Positions 25,778-25,951 of a stretch of 25,951 bases of DNA are shown here, piece after piece. The notes under the pieces were generated by a model that saw only the letters and a program-made list of their open reading frames with translations, was not told the origin of the DNA and did not search any database. Position numbers and translations under genes: made by a program. This DNA is from a virus. Taxonomy: Duplodnaviria > Caudoviricetes. The stretch covers positions 1 through 25,951 of the IMG/VR virus record IMGVR_UViG_3300006752_000188; one strand, written 5' to 3'. Position 1 is the stretch's first letter. Each line of letters begins with the position of its first letter.

Positions 25778-25950
25778 TATTCTTGGCCCCTATAAAATTC
25801 TGTAATACTTGCCACCGTAGCATTACCGTCTGCTCCTGCCCAGCCAGGATTTTTCTCTAGTTCCTTGCTACCCTTTTCATAAACAACAGAATCAGGTGCA
25901 GCATCCCTATAACCAGGTGCAGCAACAAGAAGACCTAATGGTGCACTACC
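25777..25950 (-). CDS. C-terminal fragment of a late protein, possibly with a lysozyme-like domain (enters from the window edge)
   Basis: Open frame GSAPLGLLVAAPGYRDAAPDSVVYEKGSKELEKNPGWAGADGNATVASITEFYRGQE*; TAA overlaps the next ATG. The domain guess rests only on VY..GS.....NP.W...DG..T. Confidence 0.55.
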   Translation of the reverse strand, partial: GSAPLGLLVAAPGYRDAAPDSVVYEKGSKELEKNPGWAGADGNATVASITEFYRGQE

Positions 25951-25951
25951 A

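Overview
This window is about half of a marine podovirus-type phage genome with T7-like replication proteins but no phage RNA polymerase across the whole early and replication arm. It most resembles SIO1/cobavirus-like (Zobellviridae-type) roseobacter phages, which is an inference from gene content. Layout: (1) 1-1556 (-): lysis cassette (EF-hand membrane protein, holin, M15 endolysin, partial HNH). (2) About 1570-3080: a 1.5 kb non-coding divergence region with sigma70 promoters, ACTTWAAGT repeats, several operator-like sites, the probable genome end, and a ~470-nt densely base-paired element that looks like a large structured RNA. (3) 3084-7864 (+): early genes, including a tandem-HTH protein, a pyrimidine-dimer glycosylase and a coupled Cys-rich protein / M28-type metallopeptidase pair. 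(4) tRNA-Arg(UCU), a 15-codon leader ORF and a tyrosine recombinase. (5) Nucleotide metabolism and replication: ThyX, DUF3310, primase-helicase, Pol A, SSB, exonuclease, resolvase, MazG, class II RNR, DUF1289, glutaredoxin. (6) After a terminator, convergent (-) large, probably internal virion proteins. The best candidates for something undescribed are the structured RNA with its downstream ORF, the Cys-rich/peptidase pair, and the tRNA-leader-integrase unit with its duplicated repeat locus. All calls come from reading motifs by eye; no searches or folding programs were run.
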